A DNA stretch of 64,000 nt from an uncultured Pelagibacteraceae bacterium (GTDB taxonomy: Bacteria > Pseudomonadota > Alphaproteobacteria > Pelagibacterales > Pelagibacteraceae): positions 29,172 to 93,171 of the forward strand of contig CACPDT010000001.1 in assembly GCA_902632665.1 (NCBI GenBank). The letters run 5' to 3'. Below the pieces are notes generated by a model, which worked only from the letters and a program-made list of their open reading frames with translations, made no database searches and had not been told where the DNA came from. How positions within the stretch are numbered: position 1 is the stretch's first letter; every line of letters begins with the position of its first letter. This document shows positions 54,860-63,707 of the stretch, one piece after another. Position numbers and translations under genes: made by a program.

Positions 54860-55888
54860 ATGCTCTCAGTTAATGATTTTTTTTCAGGTTGTGGTGGTCT
54901 TTCACAGGGCTTTAAAGAAGCAGGATTTAAAATTCAAGTTGCTGTAGACAAAGAGGAAGCATTTTTAAAAACTTTTTCTCATAACTTTAAAGATTCTCAA
55001 ACAAGAAATTTAGATTTAGGTGATAATAATATTCTTAAAGAAATTCCTGAGTCAGATATAATTATTGCCGGTCCTCCTTGCCAAGGATTTTCTCTTACTG
55101 GACCAAGAAATATTGATGATCCGAGAAATAAATTATATTTATCTGTTTTCAAGACTTTGAAATTAACAAATCCAAAAGCTTTTGTAGTTGAGAATGTAAG
55201 AGGCTTAAAAACTATGTGGGATGGAAATGTTTTTAAGGAAATAATTAAAAAATTTGAAAGTGCAGGATATATAGTTACTGAAAGTTTATTGAATTCAGCT
55301 GATTATGGAGTTCCGCAAATAAGACATAGAGTTTTTATTGTAGGAATAAAAAAAGAACTTGATAAAAAATTTGAATTTCCTAAACCAGAATTCGATAAAG
55401 ATGATTATATCACATGTGGTGAGGCTATTGGTAATCTACCAAGTCTTGAGAATGGAGAATTAAAAAGTAATGATTATAACGAAAAACCATCAACAAACTA
55501 TCAAAAGTATGTAATGGATAGTAATAAACTTTATAACCATGAAGCTACATTGCACAAACAATTTGTAAAAGACACAATAGCTTTAGTCCCAGAAGGTGGT
55601 AATTACAAAGATCTACCAAAAGGAGTAGGCGATAGTAGAAAGTTTAATGAGGCGTGGACCAGATATCATAGTAAAAAACCCTCAAGAACAATAGATACAG
55701 GTCACAGAAATCATTTTCATTACAAATGGAATAGAGTCCCAACAATCAGAGAAAATGCTAGACTCCAATCCTTTAAGGATAGTTTTGAATTTTTAGGAAC
55801 AAAAACTTCTCAAAATGTTCAGGTGGGAAATGCTGTGCCACCTTTATTAGCATTTAAAATTGCGAAAGAACTTAAGAAATTTCTTTAA
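54860..55888 (+). CDS. DNA (cytosine-5)-methyltransferase M1
   Basis: FSGCGG (I), GPPCQGFS (IV), ENV (VI), Q.R.R (VIII), RENARLQSF (IX), GNAVPP (X). Confidence 0.95.
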   Translation: MLSVNDFFSGCGGLSQGFKEAGFKIQVAVDKEEAFLKTFSHNFKDSQTRNLDLGDNNILKEIPESDIIIAGPPCQGFSLTGPRNIDDPRNKLYLSVFKTLKLTNPKAFVVENVRGLKTMWDGNVFKEIIKKFESAGYIVTESLLNSADYGVPQIRHRVFIVGIKKELDKKFEFPKPEFDKDDYITCGEAIGNLPSLENGELKSNDYNEKPSTNYQKYVMDSNKLYNHEATLHKQFVKDTIALVPEGGNYKDLPKGVGDSRKFNEAWTRYHSKKPSRTIDTGHRNHFHYKWNRVPTIRENARLQSFKDSFEFLGTKTSQNVQVGNAVPPLLAFKIAKELKKFL

Positions 55889-57033
55889 TGAGTATTAAAT
55901 TTATAGATTTATTTTCAGGATGCGGTGGTTTAACAGAGGCTTTTTTAAACAATAAAAAATTCTCTCCAATAAAAATTATTGATAATGATAAATTTTGTTA
56001 CGACACTACAATTCAAAGACTAAAAAAACTTAAATTTAAAAATCCTGAAAAAATTGCGCAACTAAAGGATATTTCAAATAATAAAACAATTAATGATTTC
56101 AAAAACATTAAGTCAGACATTGTGATTGGAGGGCCCCCATGTCAGGCTTATTCAGTCGCTGGTAGAATTAGAGATAAGCATGGCATGAAAAAAGACTATA
56201 GAAATTACCTTTTTGAGTCATTTCTTAAGATTATTAATTACAGCCAACCGAAGTACTTTGTAATGGAGAATGTTCCAGGAATGCTAAGCGCAAAACCAGG
56301 AAATATCAAAGTTACAGTTAGAATTAAAAAAGAAACTGATAAAATCAAATATTATATCCCTGAAAATTTATCTGAATGTGTATTTGATTTATCTAAATAC
56401 GGCGTACCTCAGAAAAGGAAAAGAGTGATTATATTTGGGGTAAATAAAAAGTTAAAAAACTATAAATCAATATCAAAGAAATTTTATGAAACTTTAAGAT
56501 CCCAAGAGTTAAAAAAAATGATTACTGTAAAACAAGCGATAGGAGATTTGGATAAATTTTTTCCGTTAAATAAAATTACAAAGATTAATGGAAGAAAATT
56601 TTCCCACAAATCAAATTCAAAAAAACCAGATCATTCCCCAAGATTTCATAATGAGAGAGATATAAAGATTTTTAAACTTTTAGCTGAAGATATAGAGAAA
56701 AAGAAATTCAAGTATAAAACGGTAAAAGAATTACAAAAACTTTATACAAAAATTGTTGGAAAAAAATCTAATATTCATAAATATTATGTGCTTAGAAAAG
56801 ATGAGCCTAGTAATCTTATACCTTCACATTTATATAAAGACGGCTTGAGACATATTCATTACGATACTAAACAAGCACGATCAATTACGGTAAGAGAAGC
56901 AGCAAGACTTCAATCTTTTCCCGACAATTTTAAGTTTGTTGGACCAATGACCGAGCAATACAAAATGATTGGTAATGCAGTTCCACCAAATTTTTCAAAA
57001 TTTTTGGTTAAGGTTATTCTTAAGCTAAGTTAG
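55888..57033 (+). CDS. DNA (cytosine-5)-methyltransferase M2
   Basis: FSGCGG, GGPPCQAYS, MENVPG, PQKRKR, REAARLQSFPD, GNAVPP; TAATG coupling to M1. Confidence 0.95.
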   Translation: MSIKFIDLFSGCGGLTEAFLNNKKFSPIKIIDNDKFCYDTTIQRLKKLKFKNPEKIAQLKDISNNKTINDFKNIKSDIVIGGPPCQAYSVAGRIRDKHGMKKDYRNYLFESFLKIINYSQPKYFVMENVPGMLSAKPGNIKVTVRIKKETDKIKYYIPENLSECVFDLSKYGVPQKRKRVIIFGVNKKLKNYKSISKKFYETLRSQELKKMITVKQAIGDLDKFFPLNKITKINGRKFSHKSNSKKPDHSPRFHNERDIKIFKLLAEDIEKKKFKYKTVKELQKLYTKIVGKKSNIHKYYVLRKDEPSNLIPSHLYKDGLRHIHYDTKQARSITVREAARLQSFPDNFKFVGPMTEQYKMIGNAVPPNFSKFLVKVILKLS

Positions 57034-57034
57034 A

Positions 57035-57958
57035 TTATCTTGGCATTTTAAGTTTGCCAAAAATTTCTTTATTGTGAAAAGTAATATTTTTAATTGAGGG
57101 CCAAAACCTTCTCTCTTTTGGAAGTGTAACTTTTTTTCCTTCGTACTTTCCTAAAAAACCATCTTTCATTTTTTTGTGAACTCTTATTTCATAGCTTTGA
57201 TCTATCGTAAAACAGCCTCTGTCAAAAGCCCAATGGAAATCAAGGGACATAAGCATACCATTATCTGCGGAATGATTTCCATTAAATTGCCAAGGTTTAA
57301 TATGTGCTGCTTGACAATTTATAGTTTCACCTGTGTCAATGGACTCACCTGTAATACAACACTTATGATCGTAAATATCTCTTATCGCATATCTGAATTC
57401 TGCTTGATTAGAATATATGTCATGTATATTTCTGGCTAAGCGATCAGAAATTCTAGTTGTAGTTTTTTTCGATATTGTGGCTTCTTTATAAGTTCTATCT
57501 TCAGTGTTAATAAAATCTAAATTATCAAATATTAAATGGTTTGTTTGGTTAGTTATTTTCTCAAGTAAATCATATTGTTTATGATCAGGAGTGAATCTGT
57601 ATAAAATATATTTTGTCTCTTTATCTTCTGTGTCAGTAAATCTAAAAAATACAATATAATATCCTGGTTTAAAAAATTCTCCATTTGGATCAATCTCTTC
57701 ATTTAAATAAATTCTTCTATCATTACCTCTATGTCCAGATTCTGGATCGTTATCATGCGTATATTCGGCGTGTACTAAATGTTTCATTTCATCTATTATT
57801 ATTCCTAAAGACATACTTGGATCTATTTCGTCAGTTTTGTGAGGTGGAAAAAAATCAGCTCTTTTTTTTGAAACTAGTAAAAATTTACCAGCTTTGTTAG
57901 GTATTCCTTTTCTGTATCCTAATTCATTATCGTATAATTTTTTTACGTAAAAACTCAT
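57035..57958 (-). CDS. HNH endonuclease (putative restriction enzyme)
   Basis: C-terminal HNH_2 pattern CCITG...AAHIKPW...NG.L...HWAFDRG; N-terminus YVKKLYDNELG is reminiscent of EcoRII-N/B3. Confidence 0.85.
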   Translation of the reverse strand: MSFYVKKLYDNELGYRKGIPNKAGKFLLVSKKRADFFPPHKTDEIDPSMSLGIIIDEMKHLVHAEYTHDNDPESGHRGNDRRIYLNEEIDPNGEFFKPGYYIVFFRFTDTEDKETKYILYRFTPDHKQYDLLEKITNQTNHLIFDNLDFINTEDRTYKEATISKKTTTRISDRLARNIHDIYSNQAEFRYAIRDIYDHKCCITGESIDTGETINCQAAHIKPWQFNGNHSADNGMLMSLDFHWAFDRGCFTIDQSYEIRVHKKMKDGFLGKYEGKKVTLPKERRFWPSIKNITFHNKEIFGKLKMPR

Positions 57959-58068
57959 TTATTTAATTATGTCATGTAAATAAATTTGCTTCAAAAGGAT
58001 TATATATATGCTTTAAAAGACTTGTAATAATTAATAAATTTGTGGTTTAATTATCAAAAATTTATTTT

Positions 58069-61056
58069 ATGGCTGATTTAAAGGAGACAATATACCGTAA
58101 ACTTTTCAATGTAGCCCTAACAAATATTGAAACTGTAAAAACTGAGGATAAATCACTTGAAAGGGTAAAATTGTCTGTAGAAGCGGCGTTACAATTTCTA
58201 CAACAACCAAAAGACTATCCATTTAAAGATAAATTAATTTTACAATTATTTGAAAACATTTCAGTTAAAAGCTCAAGTTCCGCAATTATTAAAAGTGAGA
58301 ATGATCACATAGATTGGTATGATAAAAATAAGGATAGACCTTATTGGGAAACATATAGAGAATATTTAAAAAGCGATAAGCAATTTTCGCCTGATGCTGT
58401 ATCAGCTCTAGACAAAACTACTGATATGATGATGCGAAATATAGAAGATCCAAATAGAGAAGGTGCTTGGGATTCAAGAGGCTTAATAGTTGGAAGTGTT
58501 CAATCTGGAAAAACTTCAAACTTCATAGGTTTTTTAAATAAAGCCATAGATGCTGGCTATAAGAAGATTATCATTCTTTCAGGTTTAAATAAAAATTTAA
58601 GACAACAAACACAATTAAGAATCGATGAAGGTTTACTCGGCTATGATACTGCATTTATGAAAAATGGTGTCAGAGATTTAAAAGGACAGTTAGCAAGAAA
58701 AAGAATGATGTTAAATTTGAAACCAATTCATTCAGCGACTAATAGTAAAATTAATGGAGATTTCAAATTTACAGCGGCAGAACACTTCATGAATATTCAT
58801 ACTGATGAACCAACGGTATTTGTTGTAAAAAAAAATAAAAGTATTTTAGAAAGTGTTATAAAATATTTTTTAAATGCTCCTTCAGTCCACGGTGTGAGTG
58901 TTGACTCGAAACCATTCAAAATTAGAGGTCACCAAGGAGATTACAATTCCTTTATCAAAGATAGACCAATATTAGTAATTGATGATGAGGTAGATAATGG
59001 GTCTGTAGACACTGGTGAACAAAAATTAGATGAAAAGGGGGAGTTTGATCCTGAATACGATCCAAAAACAATTAATTCAAGAATTAGACAAATTTTAAAT
59101 ATATTCGAAAAAAAAGTATATATTGGATATACAGCAACACCATTTGCTAATATTTTTATTCATCACGAAAAAAAAACGAAGGAAGAGGGTTTAGATCTTT
59201 TTCCGAAGGATTATATCATTGATTTACCTATTCCGTCTAACCATAGTGGTTTAGAAAAAATATTTAATATAGAAAAAGTTGATGGTGACGTTATTGAGGA
59301 TAGAGAAATTGACGATAACTATTTTTTTAATATTGTAAAAGATAATTCTTTGTATCATGATGATCCCGATTGTGCAGAGGGCTGGATACCACCTCGTCAT
59401 AATCGTTATCATATACCGAAATATGAGTATAAGAATGATGATGAAGTTCCTATTCCACCTTCTTTAAGAGAGGCAATAATGTCTTTTATTTTAACTTCAG
59501 CCTGTAGAAACTTCAGAGGTTATGTTGAGGATGGAAAGTCCATGCTAATTCATGTTAGTAAATTTCAAGATGTTCAAGATATAGTTTACAAACAAGTGAG
59601 TGATTATATGGATGTTTTACGAAGTCGTATGCAAGCCGGTCACTATCTTCATGACGAAACTATCTCAAAATTTGAGGAAATTTGGCAAAAGAATTTTTAT
59701 ATTCATAAAGATAAAACTGAGGAAAAAATGCCAACATGGCAAGATCTACTAGATCACAAATATAGTCTTAAATTTGTTGTTAATGAAATATGCCAAAATA
59801 TTAAAATTTTGAATGGAAAGAGTGATGATACACTTGATTATGAAAATTTTTTTAATGAAAATAATTTTGGTTTACACACAATCGTAATCGGTGGAGATAA
59901 ATTATCAAGAGGAATAACATTGGAAGGATTAAGTATAAGCTACTTTCTTCGTTCAGCAAAAATGCCAATGTATGACACGTTAATGCAAATGGGTCGGTGG
60001 TTTGGGTATAGAATGGGATATGAAGATCTTTGCAGATTATACACTACTGAAAATGTTATTAAGTGGTTCTTTCATATTTCAGTTGCAACTGAGGAAATGA
60101 GAAATTCATTTAGAATTATGGCTCAACAAGGCGCAACACCATTGGAATTTGGGTTAAAAGTAAGAACTAATCCAAATTTAATTATTACATCCAAGACTAA
60201 AATGAGAAGTGCACGTAAAGAAAGAACTTCATTTTCAAGAGAGGTGGAAGAAATAATTACTTTTGAAAAAAACAACGAGGTTATCAAATCTAACTTTAAC
60301 GCAATTAATGAACTTCTTTTAGATATGGATAAGCCTACTATTTCTGGAGAATATGATAATGGTCTTCAAAAGTGGAAAAATTCTTATATATGGAAAAATG
60401 TTGATCCTAAAAATGTAATTAAATTTCTAAAAAGTTATAAAAAGTTTGAAGATTCAAGAACTTTAGGATGTAAGGAGTATGTAGATTATATCAAAAATTT
60501 AAACAGTTTTGGGGAACTAACTAATTGGACAATTTGCTTACATGGAAGTGGTTCTTCAAAAGTAAATGAAACTTTTGCTAATAAACATAAAGTTGAACTT
60601 TTATTAAGAACACCTTCAAATCAAAAAAATGAATCTAAAATAAGTCTTAAAGTGATTACTCAACCAAGAGATGAGCTAATTGGGTTAGAGGGCTCTGAAA
60701 TAGATGACTATAAAAATAGTCTCCAAAATTTTACAAAAACTCATGATCCTGTGACTGATGAAAAAACCATTATGCAGGCTAGAAGAGAGCTTGCAAGATA
60801 TCATAGAAGTGAAAAACGCGGATTATTAAATTTGTACCCAATTTTAGGTGTTACAAATTTATCATCATATAAAAAATATAAAGGTTACAAAAATAGCAAG
60901 GGAAATAGCGTTGAGGGGCATCATGATGTTAAAAAAATTGATCCCAATCATTTAACAAAACATCCCTTGATAGGTTTTCAATTAAGTTTTCCAGTTTCAA
61001 AAATGGGAGATAAAGCAGCCATAGAGTACATGGTAAATTCAATTTACTCAGAATAA
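58069..61056 (+). CDS. Z1-domain SF2 helicase-like protein
   Basis: Walker A GSVQSGKT, Walker B IDDEVD, YTATPFAN, GGDKLSRGITLEGL, YDTLMQMGRWFGYR. Confidence 0.92.
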   Translation: MADLKETIYRKLFNVALTNIETVKTEDKSLERVKLSVEAALQFLQQPKDYPFKDKLILQLFENISVKSSSSAIIKSENDHIDWYDKNKDRPYWETYREYLKSDKQFSPDAVSALDKTTDMMMRNIEDPNREGAWDSRGLIVGSVQSGKTSNFIGFLNKAIDAGYKKIIILSGLNKNLRQQTQLRIDEGLLGYDTAFMKNGVRDLKGQLARKRMMLNLKPIHSATNSKINGDFKFTAAEHFMNIHTDEPTVFVVKKNKSILESVIKYFLNAPSVHGVSVDSKPFKIRGHQGDYNSFIKDRPILVIDDEVDNGSVDTGEQKLDEKGEFDPEYDPKTINSRIRQILNIFEKKVYIGYTATPFANIFIHHEKKTKEEGLDLFPKDYIIDLPIPSNHSGLEKIFNIEKVDGDVIEDREIDDNYFFNIVKDNSLYHDDPDCAEGWIPPRHNRYHIPKYEYKNDDEVPIPPSLREAIMSFILTSACRNFRGYVEDGKSMLIHVSKFQDVQDIVYKQVSDYMDVLRSRMQAGHYLHDETISKFEEIWQKNFYIHKDKTEEKMPTWQDLLDHKYSLKFVVNEICQNIKILNGKSDDTLDYENFFNENNFGLHTIVIGGDKLSRGITLEGLSISYFLRSAKMPMYDTLMQMGRWFGYRMGYEDLCRLYTTENVIKWFFHISVATEEMRNSFRIMAQQGATPLEFGLKVRTNPNLIITSKTKMRSARKERTSFSREVEEIITFEKNNEVIKSNFNAINELLLDMDKPTISGEYDNGLQKWKNSYIWKNVDPKNVIKFLKSYKKFEDSRTLGCKEYVDYIKNLNSFGELTNWTICLHGSGSSKVNETFANKHKVELLLRTPSNQKNESKISLKVITQPRDELIGLEGSEIDDYKNSLQNFTKTHDPVTDEKTIMQARRELARYHRSEKRGLLNLYPILGVTNLSSYKKYKGYKNSKGNSVEGHHDVKKIDPNHLTKHPLIGFQLSFPVSKMGDKAAIEYMVNSIYSE

Positions 61057-61105
61057 GAACACATTAAAGCCCTAATACTACCAAACAGAAGTGTTATAGA
61101 AAGAA

Positions 61106-61480
61106 ATGCGTTTTGCGGTTGCTTTTTTTACAATTTTTATTCCCCAAATTTTGTTTGCAGATCAAGGAGTAAAAATTTCCTGTGTGAATATGAAAAACTT
61201 ACTTGATCAAAGCTATAAAATTCACAAATTCAAATTTGATGTTACGACCTTCCAGTATTTTGATGAAAAGGAAAGTAAATATATTGAAATACCCAATAAA
61301 GATTTAACAATTAAAAAAGATTTTTTTGGAGCCAGGTTTCCAGAATATGAATTAGGTTTTCAAATAAATGAGTTTGAGGGAAAAAACCCAGTAATGTCTA
61401 TGTCAAAATATGATTATAAAAATGATAAGTTTTTAGATCATTATTTATGTGATGTAAAAAATACGTATATCCAACACTAA
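61106..61480 (+). CDS. Hypothetical exported protein
   Basis: N-terminal signal peptide (..ILFA/DQ), two Cys near the termini. Confidence 0.65.
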   Translation: MRFAVAFFTIFIPQILFADQGVKISCVNMKNLLDQSYKIHKFKFDVTTFQYFDEKESKYIEIPNKDLTIKKDFFGARFPEYELGFQINEFEGKNPVMSMSKYDYKNDKFLDHYLCDVKNTYIQH

Positions 61481-61815
61481 ATATCTTCATTATGCCATGT
61501 AAAAAGATCAGCTTCAAAAGGAATATTCCTAAATTTCAATAGTGCTTTATATTTTTTAAGCCTGTCCTCTTTTTTAGCACTTTTTAAATATTTGAGGATT
61601 TGATCATAAGTCAGTCCTTTCAACCTATCTTTTTTCACATCCACATATTCCTCATATTCCATACCTGCTATTGCATAGCCTTTATTAGGATCTATGTGTT
61701 CTGCATAACTAATAGTGTCTTCAGTTTCTTTAAGGATATCGTACCAGTGAGCAACCTGATTTTTATTATCAAAAAGATAATCTTTTCTGTAATTAAACAG
61801 TTCTAATTGCTGCAT
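61477..61815 (-). CDS. Hypothetical protein with N-terminal QLELF motif
   Basis: 112-aa ATG ORF. Confidence 0.65.
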   Translation of the reverse strand: MQQLELFNYRKDYLFDNKNQVAHWYDILKETEDTISYAEHIDPNKGYAIAGMEYEEYVDVKKDRLKGLTYDQILKYLKSAKKEDRLKKYKALLKFRNIPFEADLFTWHNEDI

Positions 61816-61962
61816 TTTTTTGAAGTATTTAAATTAAGAAAATTGATTAACAATTAATAATATAATTTTTAATTATGTCTTAAGTATGATAAAATTATTT
61901 AGTCCTGATTTAGAACATAACTCTACTTGCTAGGACTTAAAATAAAACGCTAAAGGAGAAAC

Positions 61963-62136
61963 ATGAAAATAAAAATACAATCAATTAGAGACTTTTTTAA
62001 ATCAAAAGAAAAAAAAGGTTTAAAACCTATATTTTTTGAAAGTATAGGAGATCAAAATACTTCAAGAGATGAAAGACTAAAAAATTTAATAAAAGTCTTA
62101 GAAAAAAATGGATTTAAAATTAAGAATAAAAAATAG
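61963..62136 (+). CDS. Small basic hypothetical protein (57 aa), not in ORF track
   Basis: Strong RBS AAAGGAG 61952-61958, ATG 61963, MKIKIQSIRDFF...LEKNGFKIKNKK, TAG 62134-62136. Confidence 0.7.
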   Translation: MKIKIQSIRDFFKSKEKKGLKPIFFESIGDQNTSRDERLKNLIKVLEKNGFKIKNKK

Positions 62137-62137
62137 C

Positions 62138-62204
62138 TAGAGCAGTGCCCTGAAAAGTGATTCAGATTTTATAGGAAAGTATAGGATAGAGCAAAGCCCT
62201 AAAA
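62138..62204. repeat. Imperfect 18-bp direct repeat TAGAGCAnnGCCCTnAAA
   Basis: 62138-62155 and 62187-62204, 15/18 identical. Confidence 0.7.
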
Positions 62205-62220
62205 TAAAATTTTTTAACCA

Positions 62221-62249
62221 TTGAAAAGGCTTGTAAGAATCATTATATT
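62221..62249 (+). promoter_or_regulatory. Putative sigma-70 promoter
   Basis: TTGAAA-N17-TATATT upstream of the structured leader. Confidence 0.5.
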
Positions 62250-62275
62250 AGAACTAAGTGAATTTTTTAATTGTT

Positions 62276-62542
62276 TGGAAGTTTCATATACATATAAAAT
62301 TTACTGACTTGATAAAGTGTGTATTTGAAACTTCCAGAGTTAATTGCGTTTCATTCTAGTGGGAGAACTGGGGTTTTATACCTGAGCGTAAGTGTTCTCT
62401 TCTAAGCTAGAAAGTACTCTGACCCAATCAAAAAATTTGCCTGTAAATTAACCAATGAACTATGGTTCAATAAGGTAGATGTATGAATAAAGTCAGAAAA
62501 AATAATTTTATCTTTTGCGAACCATTTGTTCGGAAAGATAAA
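62276..62542 (+). ncRNA. Putative structured RNA / long 5' leader
   Basis: Four consecutive multi-stem hairpins with G-U pairs on the + strand; the last covers the RBS of the next gene. Confidence 0.6.
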
Positions 62543-62543
62543 T

Positions 62544-62930
62544 ATGACAGACAAAACCAAATACAAATCTGTAGCTATAGATCATGATTGCTACAAAAAA
62601 ATCGAAGAGCTAACTACAGCATTAATTCCTGGTATAACGATATCTAGAGCTCAAGTGGTTAGAACTTTAGTTGATCAAAAAAGTTCAGGTCAAAATGCAA
62701 ATCAAACAATTGTTGGTTTATTCTCAGAGCATACACCTCAACAAAGAGCAGAAATATTAAAAGATATTGATGATAAAATGCTCAATCTATTAGGTCTTGA
62801 ACAGAAAGAATTGCCATGGTTAAATTGTAATGATTTACCAACCAAATGGGTAAAAATTATGGAAGACCTAAGACTAGTTGTGGCAAAATTAAAATACGAA
62901 CAGCATCAAGATGAAAGAAGTATAAATTAA
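62544..62930 (+). CDS. Putative ribbon-helix-helix DNA-binding protein, phage-like
   Basis: YKSVAI beta strand, helix DHDCYKKIEEL, helix SRAQVVRTLV. Confidence 0.6.
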   Translation: MTDKTKYKSVAIDHDCYKKIEELTTALIPGITISRAQVVRTLVDQKSSGQNANQTIVGLFSEHTPQQRAEILKDIDDKMLNLLGLEQKELPWLNCNDLPTKWVKIMEDLRLVVAKLKYEQHQDERSIN

Positions 62931-63707
62931 ATGAAAACATTTGTTATTAGTCCTAGCGAACTTTCTTATGTTTGTAATCATTGTTCTTATATTAAAAAAA
63001 ATTACGATATTGAACCTGACTCTATATCAGCTGGAGTAACACAAACGCTTGATAGCTTTGAAAAAAAATATTTTATGGGAGATGTAAAAAAAATTGATCC
63101 AAATATTAAAAGTGGACAAGTTATTGATCCCTTAAATATTTCATTTTTTTCAAAAGAACTTAAAGATAATAAAAATAGAGCTTACAGAATAAAAGGAAAG
63201 GGAGATGCGATAATCAAATTTGATGATAATACAAATGGAATTATTGATTACAAAACTAGCAAATTTAAAGATAATAAAAATAAAAAATATATTGTGGAAT
63301 TTAATAAAAAAATTCTAGAATACTCTCCACAATTACATGCTTATAGTTTGTTATACTCAAATTTGGAGACTGATGAAAAATTTTTAGCAGAGCATAGTAA
63401 AGCTAAGGATGAAAATAAATCTGAAAGTGTAAAAAAAACTCTCAAAAAAATCAGAAGTATAAGTATTAATAAAACTTCATTATTAGGATTAGTTTTTATT
63501 TATCCTGAAAAGGTTAAATCGAGTAAAAAATTTATCGTCGATTTTGACCATAAATTTGAAGAGGTAGAACTTGATATGAAAAACTTTAAAAATCAATTAA
63601 CCAAATATTTAGACATTTTACACAACAAAAAACCACCCAAACCTTCAGATGATTGCAAAACATGTAATTATTTTTTAAGAGCAGGAGAAATACAAAATGA
63701 AAAATAA
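62931..63707 (+). CDS. PD-(D/E)XK nuclease (RecB/Cas4-like)
   Basis: ISPSEL, GKGDAI, IIDYKT, QLHAY; CNHC and CKTC pairs. Confidence 0.8.
   Translation: MKTFVISPSELSYVCNHCSYIKKNYDIEPDSISAGVTQTLDSFEKKYFMGDVKKIDPNIKSGQVIDPLNISFFSKELKDNKNRAYRIKGKGDAIIKFDDNTNGIIDYKTSKFKDNKNKKYIVEFNKKILEYSPQLHAYSLLYSNLETDEKFLAEHSKAKDENKSESVKKTLKKIRSISINKTSLLGLVFIYPEKVKSSKKFIVDFDHKFEEVELDMKNFKNQLTKYLDILHNKKPPKPSDDCKTCNYFLRAGEIQNEK

Noticed and set aside
54690-54860. Group I intron in tRNA-Ile(CAU), as in Azoarcus
   Set aside because: No 3' exon within the next few hundred bases, no recognisable P1/P7 core, and a methyltransferase gene follows. Island integration fits better.
57176-57900. Plus-strand ORFs 57176-57439 and 57685-57900 as extra defence genes
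   Set aside because: They lie fully antisense to the HNH gene and have implausible composition.
62138-63707. CRISPR mini-array plus Cas4
   Set aside because: Only two imperfect 18-bp repeats, no cas1/cas2, and the nuclease Cys pattern is not Cas4-type.
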